This document shows, one piece after another, positions 18,521-25,412 of a stretch of DNA of 32,000 nucleotides. The translations under genes and the position numbers were made by a program. The stretch spans positions 510,001-542,000 of the forward strand of contig CP075337.1 in the NCBI GenBank assembly GCA_025349965.1. The letters are read 5' to 3'. The notes under the pieces were generated by a model. It saw only the letters and a list, made by a program, of their open reading frames with translations, was not told the DNA's origin and did no database searches. This DNA comes from Candidatus Saccharimonadota bacterium. Lineage in GTDB: Bacteria; Patescibacteriota; Saccharimonadia; Saccharimonadales; Saccharimonadaceae. Positions within the stretch are counted from its first letter, which is position 1. Each line of letters starts with the position of its first letter.

Positions 18521-19093
18521 ATGAAACTGATTCTCGCCCAAGGTAATCCCGAAAAACAGTACGAAACCACCCGTCATAATATTGGTTGGTTGGTGCTTGA
18601 TGCGTACGCAAAACACCTTGGCGCCACCTGGAAGCACGATAAAAAGCACGTGGCTGATATCGCGACAGCGGCTGTTAACGGAGAAAAGGTGCTCCTTGTT
18701 AAGCCACACACGTATTACAACGAGACGGGTCGAACCGCTCAAAGTCTGGTACAATTCTTCAAACTTATCCCACATACCGATGTGCTCGTATTACACGATG
18801 ACCTCGCGCTTCCATTTGGGACTATCAGAACACGAGAAAAGGGGAGTGATGCTGGTAATAATGGGATTAAAAGCCTTAACGCGCACCTTGGCCCCGACTA
18901 CGCGCGCATTCGACTTGGCGTCTGGAATGACCTCAAGCAACACATGGGCGATGCTGACTTCGTTCTGGCATCATTCTCAAAGGCAGAACAGGGGCAAATT
19001 ACTGATACAATCACCCCCGCTACACTCCCACTTATTGACGCCTTCATTCATAATTCCCTTGAGCCACAAAGCATACAGAGCTTACGCTTGTAA
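18521..19093 (+). CDS. pth: Peptidyl-tRNA hydrolase
   Basis: LILAQGNPEKQYETTRHNIGWLVLD, VLHDDLALPFGTIRTREKGSDAGNNGIKS. TATTAT (18508-18513) lies 7 nt before the ATG. Confidence 0.9.
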   Translation: MKLILAQGNPEKQYETTRHNIGWLVLDAYAKHLGATWKHDKKHVADIATAAVNGEKVLLVKPHTYYNETGRTAQSLVQFFKLIPHTDVLVLHDDLALPFGTIRTREKGSDAGNNGIKSLNAHLGPDYARIRLGVWNDLKQHMGDADFVLASFSKAEQGQITDTITPATLPLIDAFIHNSLEPQSIQSLRL

Positions 19094-19197
19094 AAACCTT
19101 CTTTTCGCCGTACCATAAGCGTACTCTTAGTTGAGCCCCATTCATCATGTTGAGCTCCTAAGGCGCAGCTTGACATCTTACTGAAAGTGAAAAGACA

Positions 19198-19635
19198 ATG
19201 GAACATGCAACGAGCCCGCCCGCGGGACATGATGCACGCATTGCGTTTATCGCGAAGTTGCCCGCAGACCTCATGCGGCGTACCGCAGGGATGGGCGTCT
19301 ACGCAAAGCGTCCGCTTTTCTTCCGTAAACGGAACGGCAAGCGTCGGCTGCAGTGGCTCCGCCCACTAGTCATGCACGAACCTGCCATCACACTCGATGG
19401 CAAAGATCGCCCCCTGTACTACCCGACGCTACTCCTCACCAAGCACAACACCTTCGTTCGTGGCGTCCTTCACGGCCGTCGCGTGCACTATTCGGCTATC
19501 GCAGCGAGCGAACTCACTGACGCCGAAGTCCGCAATCTCACCAGAGCAATCAGGGGAGAGTCCGGACTCCAAGATGCAGAATATCTCCGTATCGCCCGTC
19601 TTGGTGCGGTCGAATCTCTGAAGGATACATCATGA
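19198..19635 (+). CDS. Hypothetical protein (GC-rich islet A, gene 1)
   Basis: 145-aa ORF with G/C-rich third codon positions. Its stop overlaps the next start (ATGA). No recognisable motif. The start codon is uncertain because the SD is weak. Confidence 0.5.
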   Translation: MEHATSPPAGHDARIAFIAKLPADLMRRTAGMGVYAKRPLFFRKRNGKRRLQWLRPLVMHEPAITLDGKDRPLYYPTLLLTKHNTFVRGVLHGRRVHYSAIAASELTDAEVRNLTRAIRGESGLQDAEYLRIARLGAVESLKDTS

Positions 19636-20105
19636 ACACACCTCCGGATGACATCCGCTCATCTAACCTTAACGAGGCCGTGTCAGAGATTCTGTCACTG
19701 GCCGTAAGTCTCGGCATCACCGCCGCGCAAATGGACCCAGGCGGATACAATGCCTACAGGGCATTCCCTCCCGTCCCGCCAAGGGTGGTGCTCCATCCGT
19801 GGATGCTCGCATTCACCCCGTTCCTGCCAGCGGGTGGTGCCATCTGGGCAATGCAACAGCCTGTACGGCCGTTCGTTCTCGCATGGTACATCGGTACACA
19901 CAGGCTCATCGAGACAAGCCACTACTACGTGGCGGCTGATGGCGTGCTGTACGGATCTCAACTTCAACACCCCGTCAACGGGGAGGTCGAGGTCTTCCAG
20001 CTCACAGAGGATCTCCTTGGCATCATGCCCTGGGATGATCTCTACGGCCTGCTGATGCAAATGCGTGCTCAACGCGCATGGCAACTGCACTACCTCTCGG
20101 GGTAG
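19632..20105 (+). CDS. Hypothetical protein (GC-rich islet A, gene 2)
   Basis: 157-aa ORF translationally coupled to gene 1. N-terminal AVSLGITAAQM resembles a helix-turn-helix turn motif (weak). Followed by a terminator. Confidence 0.5.
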   Translation: MNTPPDDIRSSNLNEAVSEILSLAVSLGITAAQMDPGGYNAYRAFPPVPPRVVLHPWMLAFTPFLPAGGAIWAMQQPVRPFVLAWYIGTHRLIETSHYYVAADGVLYGSQLQHPVNGEVEVFQLTEDLLGIMPWDDLYGLLMQMRAQRAWQLHYLSG

Positions 20106-20141
20106 CACTGTCCGCTCTTCACCTACAGAAAGGAATCAAGA

Positions 20142-20174
20142 ATACCCGTCAGTAGTGGCGGGTATTTTTCTTTT
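20142..20174 (+). terminator. Intrinsic terminator of islet A
   Basis: AUACCCG/CGGGUAU 7-bp stem (20142-20148 with 20159-20165), 10-nt loop, then UUUUUCUUUU. Confidence 0.7.
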
Positions 20175-20176
20175 CC

Positions 20177-20222
20177 AAATAAAAAAGCGCCTACAGCAAG
20201 GGTGGGCATCGCTGTAGGCGCC
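20177..20222 (-). terminator. Strong intrinsic terminator on the minus strand
   Basis: 11-bp stem GCGCCUACAGC/GCUGUAGGCGC (20187-20197 with 20211-20221), 13-nt loop. On the minus strand it is followed by UUUUUUAUUU. Confidence 0.8.
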
Positions 20223-20492
20223 ATTTTACCCTTTAACCCACCCCGGAACATACCGGATGCAAAGCGTCGTCGACCTTGATCTCACATAGGTGCGCGCCTG
20301 AATGAACCTCGCAGAGTCTCATCCACTACTGGATAGTTGCAGATATATCCTTAAATTGGGTATCCGTCCGACCCCGAAGGGAAGAAGCGGCGTTAAAGGG
20401 GTTAGTAAATATGCAAAGCTGTCATTCTGAGGATAAAATCTTCAAAAAAGCGAGAAAAGTGGAGGGTAGGTACTTAAAACGCGCCTTGCATA

Positions 20493-20585
20493 CTACCTAA
20501 CATTGGCAGTACTATAAATAGTAACTACCGTTAGAAATAGGGGGTATAAGGTGCTTGATACAAGCGGGTTTGCTGTATCAATCAT
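20493..20585 (-). CDS. Possible leaderless 30-codon sORF (MIDTANPLVSSTLYPLFLTVVTIYSTANVR)
   Basis: The ATG begins 5 nt after the -10 box, and the stop TAG is at 20495-20493. There is no independent evidence that it is translated. Confidence 0.2.
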   Translation of the reverse strand: MIDTANPLVSSTLYPLFLTVVTIYSTANVR

Positions 20586-20590
20586 TTTTG

Positions 20591-20619
20591 ATTATAGCAC
20601 CTTGTTGACTATGTGTCAA
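20591..20619 (-). promoter_or_regulatory. Near-consensus sigma70-type promoter (TTGACA - 17 nt - TGcTATAAT)
   Basis: On the minus strand: TTGACA at 20619-20614, a 17-nt spacer, TG at 20599-20598 and TATAAT at 20596-20591. Confidence 0.7.
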
Positions 20620-20638
20620 TACTTTTTTGAGGGTAGAC

Positions 20639-21514
20639 ATGAATATAGGAAAAATCAATAGAATAAGTATAGTAAAAAATGGTTATGTTTCTAGGCTTAA
20701 AAACATACCTTCACCCCCGTTAGAACTCTATGTCGCAGGTACATTACCCGCCAAGAGACAGCTGACGGTGGCGATTATTGGGCCGCGCAAGCCGTCAGCG
20801 TATGGCAGGGAGGTCACGACACGTTTCACTTCGTTTCTTGCCAAGCACGGTGCCATTATTGTGAGCGGACTCGCTTTCGGCGTTGATAGCATTGCACATC
20901 AAGCAACCCTTGATGTGGGCGGCACTACAATCGCAGTACTCGCTAATGGTCTTCACCACGTTTATCCCGCCACCCATACGTCACTCGCCGAAGCAATTGT
21001 ACGAAGCGGGGGAGCGCTGCTCTCCGAAAAACCGCTCGGGTACGAAGTACGACGCCATGATTTCTTAGCACGGAACCGCCTCATTAGCGGCCTAGCGGAC
21101 GTCATATTCGTACCGGAGGCGACCGAAAAAAGCGGAACGCTCTCTACCGTTCAACACGCACTTGAGCAGGGAAAAGACGTCTTTGTCACGCCCGGCCCAA
21201 TTACAAGCCCGTATTCGGCTGGTTCCAACCGTCTCTTGCAACAAGGAGCACACGTTGCCCTCAAACCTGAAGATATATTGGAGTACAGTGCGCCAGAACT
21301 AGCATCCGAACTCACGCAGACCAAACTCCTTATTGGCGACACGCCACTTGAGACGGATATTCTGCGACTCATTCAAGCCGGCACACAGGATGGTGACACC
21401 ATTAGCAAGCAGGTGCAGGCACCACTCAATGAGTATCTCCAAGCTATTACCATGCTGGAGCTCAAAGGCGATATCCGTCCGTTAGGAGGAAATGTATGGG
21501 GGCTACGAAGCTAA
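20639..21514 (+). CDS. dprA: DNA-processing protein A (DprA/Smf)
   Basis: VAIIGPRKPSAYGREVT...IVSGLAFGVDSIAHQATL...RNRLISGLADVIFVPEATEKSGTLSTVQHALEQGKDVFV is the DprA Rossmann-like core. ATG 20639 is preceded by GAGGG, so I prefer it to the listed TTG 20627. Confidence 0.9.
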   Translation: MNIGKINRISIVKNGYVSRLKNIPSPPLELYVAGTLPAKRQLTVAIIGPRKPSAYGREVTTRFTSFLAKHGAIIVSGLAFGVDSIAHQATLDVGGTTIAVLANGLHHVYPATHTSLAEAIVRSGGALLSEKPLGYEVRRHDFLARNRLISGLADVIFVPEATEKSGTLSTVQHALEQGKDVFVTPGPITSPYSAGSNRLLQQGAHVALKPEDILEYSAPELASELTQTKLLIGDTPLETDILRLIQAGTQDGDTISKQVQAPLNEYLQAITMLELKGDIRPLGGNVWGLRS

Positions 21515-21549
21515 ACGACAGAGGTGAATACTAGACTTTTTAATGTAAA

Positions 21550-21560
21550 TGTGATATAAT
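21550..21560 (+). promoter_or_regulatory. Extended -10 box TGTGATATAAT upstream of islet B
   Basis: It implies a leader of about 90 nt containing the hairpin UAGUGG-GCAA-CCACUA (21588-21603) and AAGGAG (21645-21650). Confidence 0.5.
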
Positions 21561-21655
21561 TATATAGCTTAGTGTTGAGGCTCATAGTAGTGGGCAACCA
21601 CTAACGAACCTATCAACATTTTGCTTTCCCTATCCGTATCTCTAAAGGAGTCACA

Positions 21656-22087
21656 TTGAACGATACCATCGATAGCACTGTGCCCATCCGCATGGGCCAG
21701 AATACCTTCGGCACGCGGCTGGTGTACGCACTGGCAGCACTCGGAGTCACCGAGATCGATCGCAGCAATCGTCAGACGCTGGATGCGGCCTTTGTGTCCG
21801 CGTACCACAGCGTCGCGAGCGTGCTGGGCTACCCCGAACTCCGCAAGTTTGACTACTTGCTGGATCCGACCCATACATCCAACACAGTGGATGCCATCAT
21901 CCAAGGTTCGTGGTTCGGGTCGCTGGTCTTCGTGTCCAACGACAACCTCGGCCTCCTCTACATCACACGAGCGCTCACCCCGCACGATGCGATGAACCAC
22001 CTGATCGACGACGGAATGCCCGACATGTGGCTGGCCGCCGGTCATGCCTTCAAGGCGAACGTCGTCACGTACTCGAACCCCGTCTAA
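21656..22087 (+). CDS. Hypothetical protein (GC-rich islet B, gene 1)
   Basis: 143 aa. TTG start 5 nt after AAGGAG. Strong G/C bias at the third codon position. N-terminal LAALGVTEIDRS is an HTH-like motif (weak). Confidence 0.6.
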   Translation: MNDTIDSTVPIRMGQNTFGTRLVYALAALGVTEIDRSNRQTLDAAFVSAYHSVASVLGYPELRKFDYLLDPTHTSNTVDAIIQGSWFGSLVFVSNDNLGLLYITRALTPHDAMNHLIDDGMPDMWLAAGHAFKANVVTYSNPV

Positions 22088-22113
22088 CGCGAGGTCTTCA
22101 CTAAGGAGAATGT

Positions 22114-22596
22114 ATGGCACGAGGTAACGTAAGGAAGCGTCACCCCAAGCGCAAAAGCGCTTCCAAGCGACGCTCATCGGCACTCAGTACGCACGCGTTC
22201 ATCCTGTACCTCGCCTCGGCGTTGGTACTGCGAGGCACGCAGTGGGTGAGCAAGGAAAACCAGGTGACCCTCACGAGGGCCATCCAGGCAGCCTACGCAG
22301 TAGTCGCGGAAATGGCAGGTGATAGTGCACTTCGGTTCATTATCATTCCGCATCGTGTCCACGGCACCAGTGCCGACGTGGATGACATGATCGCCTACCT
22401 CCTGACACACTGGGCGCGCAAGGACAGGAACCGACACATCATCCATCTGGATACACTTCCCACGGATATCGCAGGGAAGTATCTGTCGGACCCTCAGGCG
22501 AAAAGCGAAGCAATGTGGCTCATCGCCGCCGATGCCTTCCTGGAAGTCATGAAAGAGGCGAACGCCGTTGGCTCGCGCATAGTCGCGCTGCGGTGA
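22114..22596 (+). CDS. Hypothetical protein with a very basic N-terminus (GC-rich islet B, gene 2)
   Basis: 160 aa. ATG 5 nt after AAGGAG (22103-22108). N-terminus MARGNVRKRHPKRKSASKRRSS. Followed by a 14-bp-stem terminator. Confidence 0.6.
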   Translation: MARGNVRKRHPKRKSASKRRSSALSTHAFILYLASALVLRGTQWVSKENQVTLTRAIQAAYAVVAEMAGDSALRFIIIPHRVHGTSADVDDMIAYLLTHWARKDRNRHIIHLDTLPTDIAGKYLSDPQAKSEAMWLIAADAFLEVMKEANAVGSRIVALR

Positions 22597-22619
22597 GAGG
22601 TTCGCACCGTTGATAGCCA

Positions 22620-22666
22620 AGGGGCTGTCGTGTAGTACCATACACGACAGCCCCTCTTTTCATTTT
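22620..22666 (+). terminator. Strong intrinsic terminator of islet B
   Basis: Perfect 14-bp stem AGGGGCUGUCGUGU/ACACGACAGCCCCU, 8-nt loop, then CUUUUCAUUUU. Confidence 0.85.
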
Positions 22667-22805
22667 CAACCCTAGTCAAAATAGAGCGGCGGTTTACAAA
22701 CGCAAATAACCCGTGTACACTGCAACCCTGTGTTCCGTTACCTATAGGTAATGCCGAAATGCGAAAAACAAAGCAACCATAAAGAACTTTTTAAGAAAAT
22801 AATTG

Positions 22806-22811
22806 TACACT
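22806..22811 (+). promoter_or_regulatory. -10 box TACACT (within TTGTACACT), 7 nt upstream of the topA ATG (leaderless configuration)
   Basis: There is no SD between the box and ATG 22819. The same TGTACACT octamer recurs at 22714-22721. Confidence 0.45.
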
Positions 22812-22818
22812 TATATAT

Positions 22819-25215
22819 ATGAGCAAAAATCTCGTCATCGTAGAGTCCCCAGCCAAAGCCAAGACTATTGAGAAATATCTTGGAAAAGAGTTCCACGTCC
22901 TCTCCAGCGTGGGGCATATTCGTTCTATTGCCAAAAAAACCAAAGATGGCACGCCACCAATTGACGTAAAGAACAATTTCAAAACAACCTATGAAATAGA
23001 TTCTGAAAAAAAGAAAACCATCACAGAGCTTAAAAAGGCAACCAAAGCAGCCGAAACCGTCTGGCTCGCAACCGATGAAGACCGCGAAGGGGAGGCGATT
23101 GCCTGGCACCTTTGCGAAGTCCTCGGTCTTGACCCTACAAAGACAAAGCGTATTGTTTTCCACGAAATTACCAAATCTGCTATTGAGGAGGCGGTAAAAA
23201 ACCCCCGCACTGTTGATATGCAACTCGTCCAGGCACAGCAAGCACGTCAAATTCTAGACCGTCTTGTAGGCTTTGAGCTCAGCCCTGTTGTCTGGCAAAA
23301 GGTCCCTGGCGGTAAATCTGCCGGGCGCGTGCAGTCACCAGCAGTCCGCCTTTTGGTCGAGCGCGAGCGTGAGATTCAAGCCTTTGAGGGTAACTTCCAA
23401 TTTAAGGTAACTGCTGAATTTACCCATGAGGGTGTCACCGTAAAAGCGGAACTCCCGCAACGCTTTGACACCGAAGAAGAAGCGCAAAAGTTCCTTGCCA
23501 GCCTTGAAGGTGCACAGTTCACTGTTTCCGATATCACCACCAGCCCATCTAAGCGCAATCCAGGCGCGCCATTTACGACCAGTACCCTTCAGCAGGAAGC
23601 CAACAGCAAGCTTGGCTTTGGTGCTCGTGCTACTATGTCCAGCGCGCAAAAGCTTTATCAGGCCGGTAAGATTACCTACATGCGTACCGATTCTGTCAAC
23701 TTGAGCGGTCAAGCACTTGCCGCAACTGCCGAGTACATCAAGAGTACTTTCGGTCCTGAATATTCAGAAGTGCGTAAATTCAAGACAAAGTCAGCCAGTG
23801 CACAGGAAGCCCACGAGGCAATTCGCCCAACTGATATGCGTCTTGAAAAGGGAAGTACTAATGAGTATGACCAAAAGCTTTACGACCTTATTCGTCGCCG
23901 CACTCTCGCCAGCCAAATGGCGCCAGCAAAGCTTGAAAAAACAACCGTCACTATCGCAATTAGCAGCTCCAACCTTGCTTTTGAAGCCAAGGGTGAAGTG
24001 GTGATTTTTGACGGATTCCTCAAAGTATATGGTGGTGGCAAGAAAGATCCAGACCTGCTTCCGGCACTTGCAACTAATGACACGCTCGGGCTTGAAACTG
24101 CCTCAGCTCGCCAAACCTTCAGCCGCCCACCAGCCCGCTTTACAGAAGGTTCACTAGTTAAAAAGCTTGAAGACCTCGGCATTGGCCGTCCATCAACCTA
24201 TGCAACAATTATTAACACCATTCAAGTCCGTGGTTACGCCGAAAAGGGTGAAGGTGAAGGGCAAGAGCGCGACGTTATCGTTCTTTCAACCGACGGCACT
24301 TCAGTTGAACGTGAAGTTGTGCAAGAAAAAACCGGTTCAGATAAGGGCAAGCTCGTCCCAACTTCTATTGGTATGATGATTGCCGACTTCCTCGGTGATC
24401 ACTTTGACCAAGTCATTGACTACGGTTTCACGGCAGATGTAGAAACCGAATTTGACCAGATTGCTACCGGTGCGCTTGCACGTAACGTCATGCTTGAGAA
24501 GTTCTACGAGCCCTTCCACAAGCTCATCGTCAATTCTGGTGGCATTGACCGCGCTCAAGTTGCTCAGGCAACACCCATCGGCAATGACCCAAAGACCGGC
24601 AAGATGATTTTCGCTCGTATTGGCCGGTTTGGCCCAATGCTTCAGCTTGGCGACGCTAAAAATCCAGATGGTACAGATGCAGACGAGAAGCCGCAGTTCG
24701 CCCCGATGCCAAAGGGCTTCCGTGTTGACACCGTCACACTTGAGGAGGCACTCAAGGCCTTCAAGCTCCCACGCCTTGTAGGCGAAACACCAGAAGGCTA
24801 CCCAATGAAGGCGAACATCGGCCGTTTTGGACCGTACATTCAGGTTGATAATCCAGAGACGAAGACGAAGCTCTTTATTAGCATCAAGCCGCTTGACCCG
24901 CACACCGTTACGCACGAGGAAGCGCTTCAATTCTACGCCGACAAGCTCAAGGCAGAGGCGGAGAAGAATATCGCTGACTTTGGCGATGGTATCAAGGTAT
25001 TGAATGGGCGATACGGCCCGTACGTCACCAACGGCACTAAAAACGCCAAGATTCCAAAAGATGTAGAGCCAAACGAAATCACCCACGAACAAGCCAAGGA
25101 AATGCTTGAAAAGGCGCCGGAGGCTAAGGGGCGGTTTGCGAAGCGCAAGACAGCCACAAAGAAGGCGCCGGCGAAGAAAGCGGCAACAAAGAAGCCGGCA
25201 GCGAAAAAGAAGTAG
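22819..25215 (+). CDS. topA: DNA topoisomerase I
   Basis: TOPRIM domain LVIVESPAKAKTIEKYLG...ATDEDREGEAIAWH; active-site Tyr context KITYMRTDS; three C-terminal GRFGP/GRYGP repeats; Lys/Ala-rich tail (KKAPAKKAATKKPAAKKK). Confidence 0.95.
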   Translation: MSKNLVIVESPAKAKTIEKYLGKEFHVLSSVGHIRSIAKKTKDGTPPIDVKNNFKTTYEIDSEKKKTITELKKATKAAETVWLATDEDREGEAIAWHLCEVLGLDPTKTKRIVFHEITKSAIEEAVKNPRTVDMQLVQAQQARQILDRLVGFELSPVVWQKVPGGKSAGRVQSPAVRLLVEREREIQAFEGNFQFKVTAEFTHEGVTVKAELPQRFDTEEEAQKFLASLEGAQFTVSDITTSPSKRNPGAPFTTSTLQQEANSKLGFGARATMSSAQKLYQAGKITYMRTDSVNLSGQALAATAEYIKSTFGPEYSEVRKFKTKSASAQEAHEAIRPTDMRLEKGSTNEYDQKLYDLIRRRTLASQMAPAKLEKTTVTIAISSSNLAFEAKGEVVIFDGFLKVYGGGKKDPDLLPALATNDTLGLETASARQTFSRPPARFTEGSLVKKLEDLGIGRPSTYATIINTIQVRGYAEKGEGEGQERDVIVLSTDGTSVEREVVQEKTGSDKGKLVPTSIGMMIADFLGDHFDQVIDYGFTADVETEFDQIATGALARNVMLEKFYEPFHKLIVNSGGIDRAQVAQATPIGNDPKTGKMIFARIGRFGPMLQLGDAKNPDGTDADEKPQFAPMPKGFRVDTVTLEEALKAFKLPRLVGETPEGYPMKANIGRFGPYIQVDNPETKTKLFISIKPLDPHTVTHEEALQFYADKLKAEAEKNIADFGDGIKVLNGRYGPYVTNGTKNAKIPKDVEPNEITHEQAKEMLEKAPEAKGRFAKRKTATKKAPAKKAATKKPAAKKK

Positions 25216-25236
25216 CGACAAGTCAAATTGAGTCGA

Positions 25237-25268
25237 GGACGGCAGCCATGCTGTCCTTTTCTCTTTAC
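25237..25268 (+). terminator. Intrinsic terminator after topA
   Basis: GGACGGC/GCUGUCC 7-bp stem (one G-U pair), loop AGCCAU, then UUUUCUCUUU. Confidence 0.7.
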
Positions 25269-25383
25269 AAAACACCCCGAAACCATAACCAACTTAAATC
25301 CAAACCACTATCTTCAAAACTCGTCGAATTTATGGTACAATAGTCCGAGAATTATGGTACTATAAGGTAACCATACAAAGTCT

Positions 25384-25412
25384 TTGACATTATTTACATA
25401 ATCTTGTATAAT
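25384..25412 (+). promoter_or_regulatory. Consensus sigma70-type promoter (TTGACA - 17 nt - TATAAT)
   Basis: TTGACA at 25384-25389 and TATAAT at 25407-25412. The listed TTG start (25404) of the downstream ORF lies inside this promoter. Confidence 0.7.

Larger units (their letters stand above)
20177..20585 (-). ncRNA. Candidate structured RNA of about 410 nt, family unassigned (alternatively a leaderless 30-codon sORF with a long structured 3' region)
   Basis: Bounded by the promoter at 20591-20619 and the terminator at 20177-20222. No ORF of 60 codons or more on either strand. It has several minus-oriented hairpins, including a C(UUCG)G tetraloop. See findings. Confidence 0.45.

Noticed and set aside
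7403-19118. Alternative-frame + strand ORFs overlapping real genes (7403-7651, 7795-8082, 8778-9008, 9108-9509, 10696-11238, 12310-12591, 17111-17535, 18582-19118, among others)
   Set aside because: Each is nested in or overlaps a gene with clear family motifs. The translations are compositionally odd and lack initiation signals.
20358-20400. SRP-RNA-like motif on the + strand (GUCCGACCCCGAAGGGAAGAAGCGGCG resembles the helix 8 region GUCCGGAAGGAAGCAGC)
   Set aside because: The loop would be CGAA, not GNRA. The flanking sequences do not form the extended SRP helix. The promoter and terminator of the locus are on the opposite strand, where the same bases form a canonical UUCG tetraloop.
20411-20500. 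29-codon + strand sORF (MQSCHSEDKIFKKARKVEGRYLKRALHTT) and a 29-codon minus-strand Cys/His-containing sORF (MRLCEVHSGAHLCEIKVDDALHPVCSGVG, roughly 20320-20231) in the orphan region
   Set aside because: Neither has a convincing SD, and no promoter serves the + strand one. Frames of this length are expected by chance in about 400 nt.
20177-20585. Assigning the orphan RNA to RNase P RNA, tmRNA or 6S RNA
   Set aside because: By eye I found no P4 strands (GAGGAAAGUCC, ACAGAACCCGGCUUA), no tRNA-like T-arm or CCA end, no tag reading frame, and no single long bubble-containing hairpin. A covariance-model scan is still needed before excluding known families.
19198-22596. Possibility that islet A and islet B gene pairs are paralogs (similar sizes: 145/157 aa against 143/160 aa)
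   Set aside because: By-eye alignment in both pairings shows no similarity beyond a short LG(I/V)T turn-like motif. The size match is probably coincidental. A profile comparison would be needed to revisit this.
19695-22641. Long minus-strand ORFs inside the GC-rich islets (19695-20108, 21569-22183, 22174-22641)
   Set aside because: High-GC DNA is depleted of stop codons on all frames. The + strand frames show the G/C third-position bias, SD sequences (AAGGAG) and terminators. The minus-strand frames have none of these.
24337-25292. 312-aa and 119-aa minus-strand ORFs antisense to the 3' end of topA
   Set aside because: They fall entirely inside a confidently identified topA frame. The translations are low-complexity (mirror images of the Lys/Ala-rich tail). 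No promoter or SD was found.
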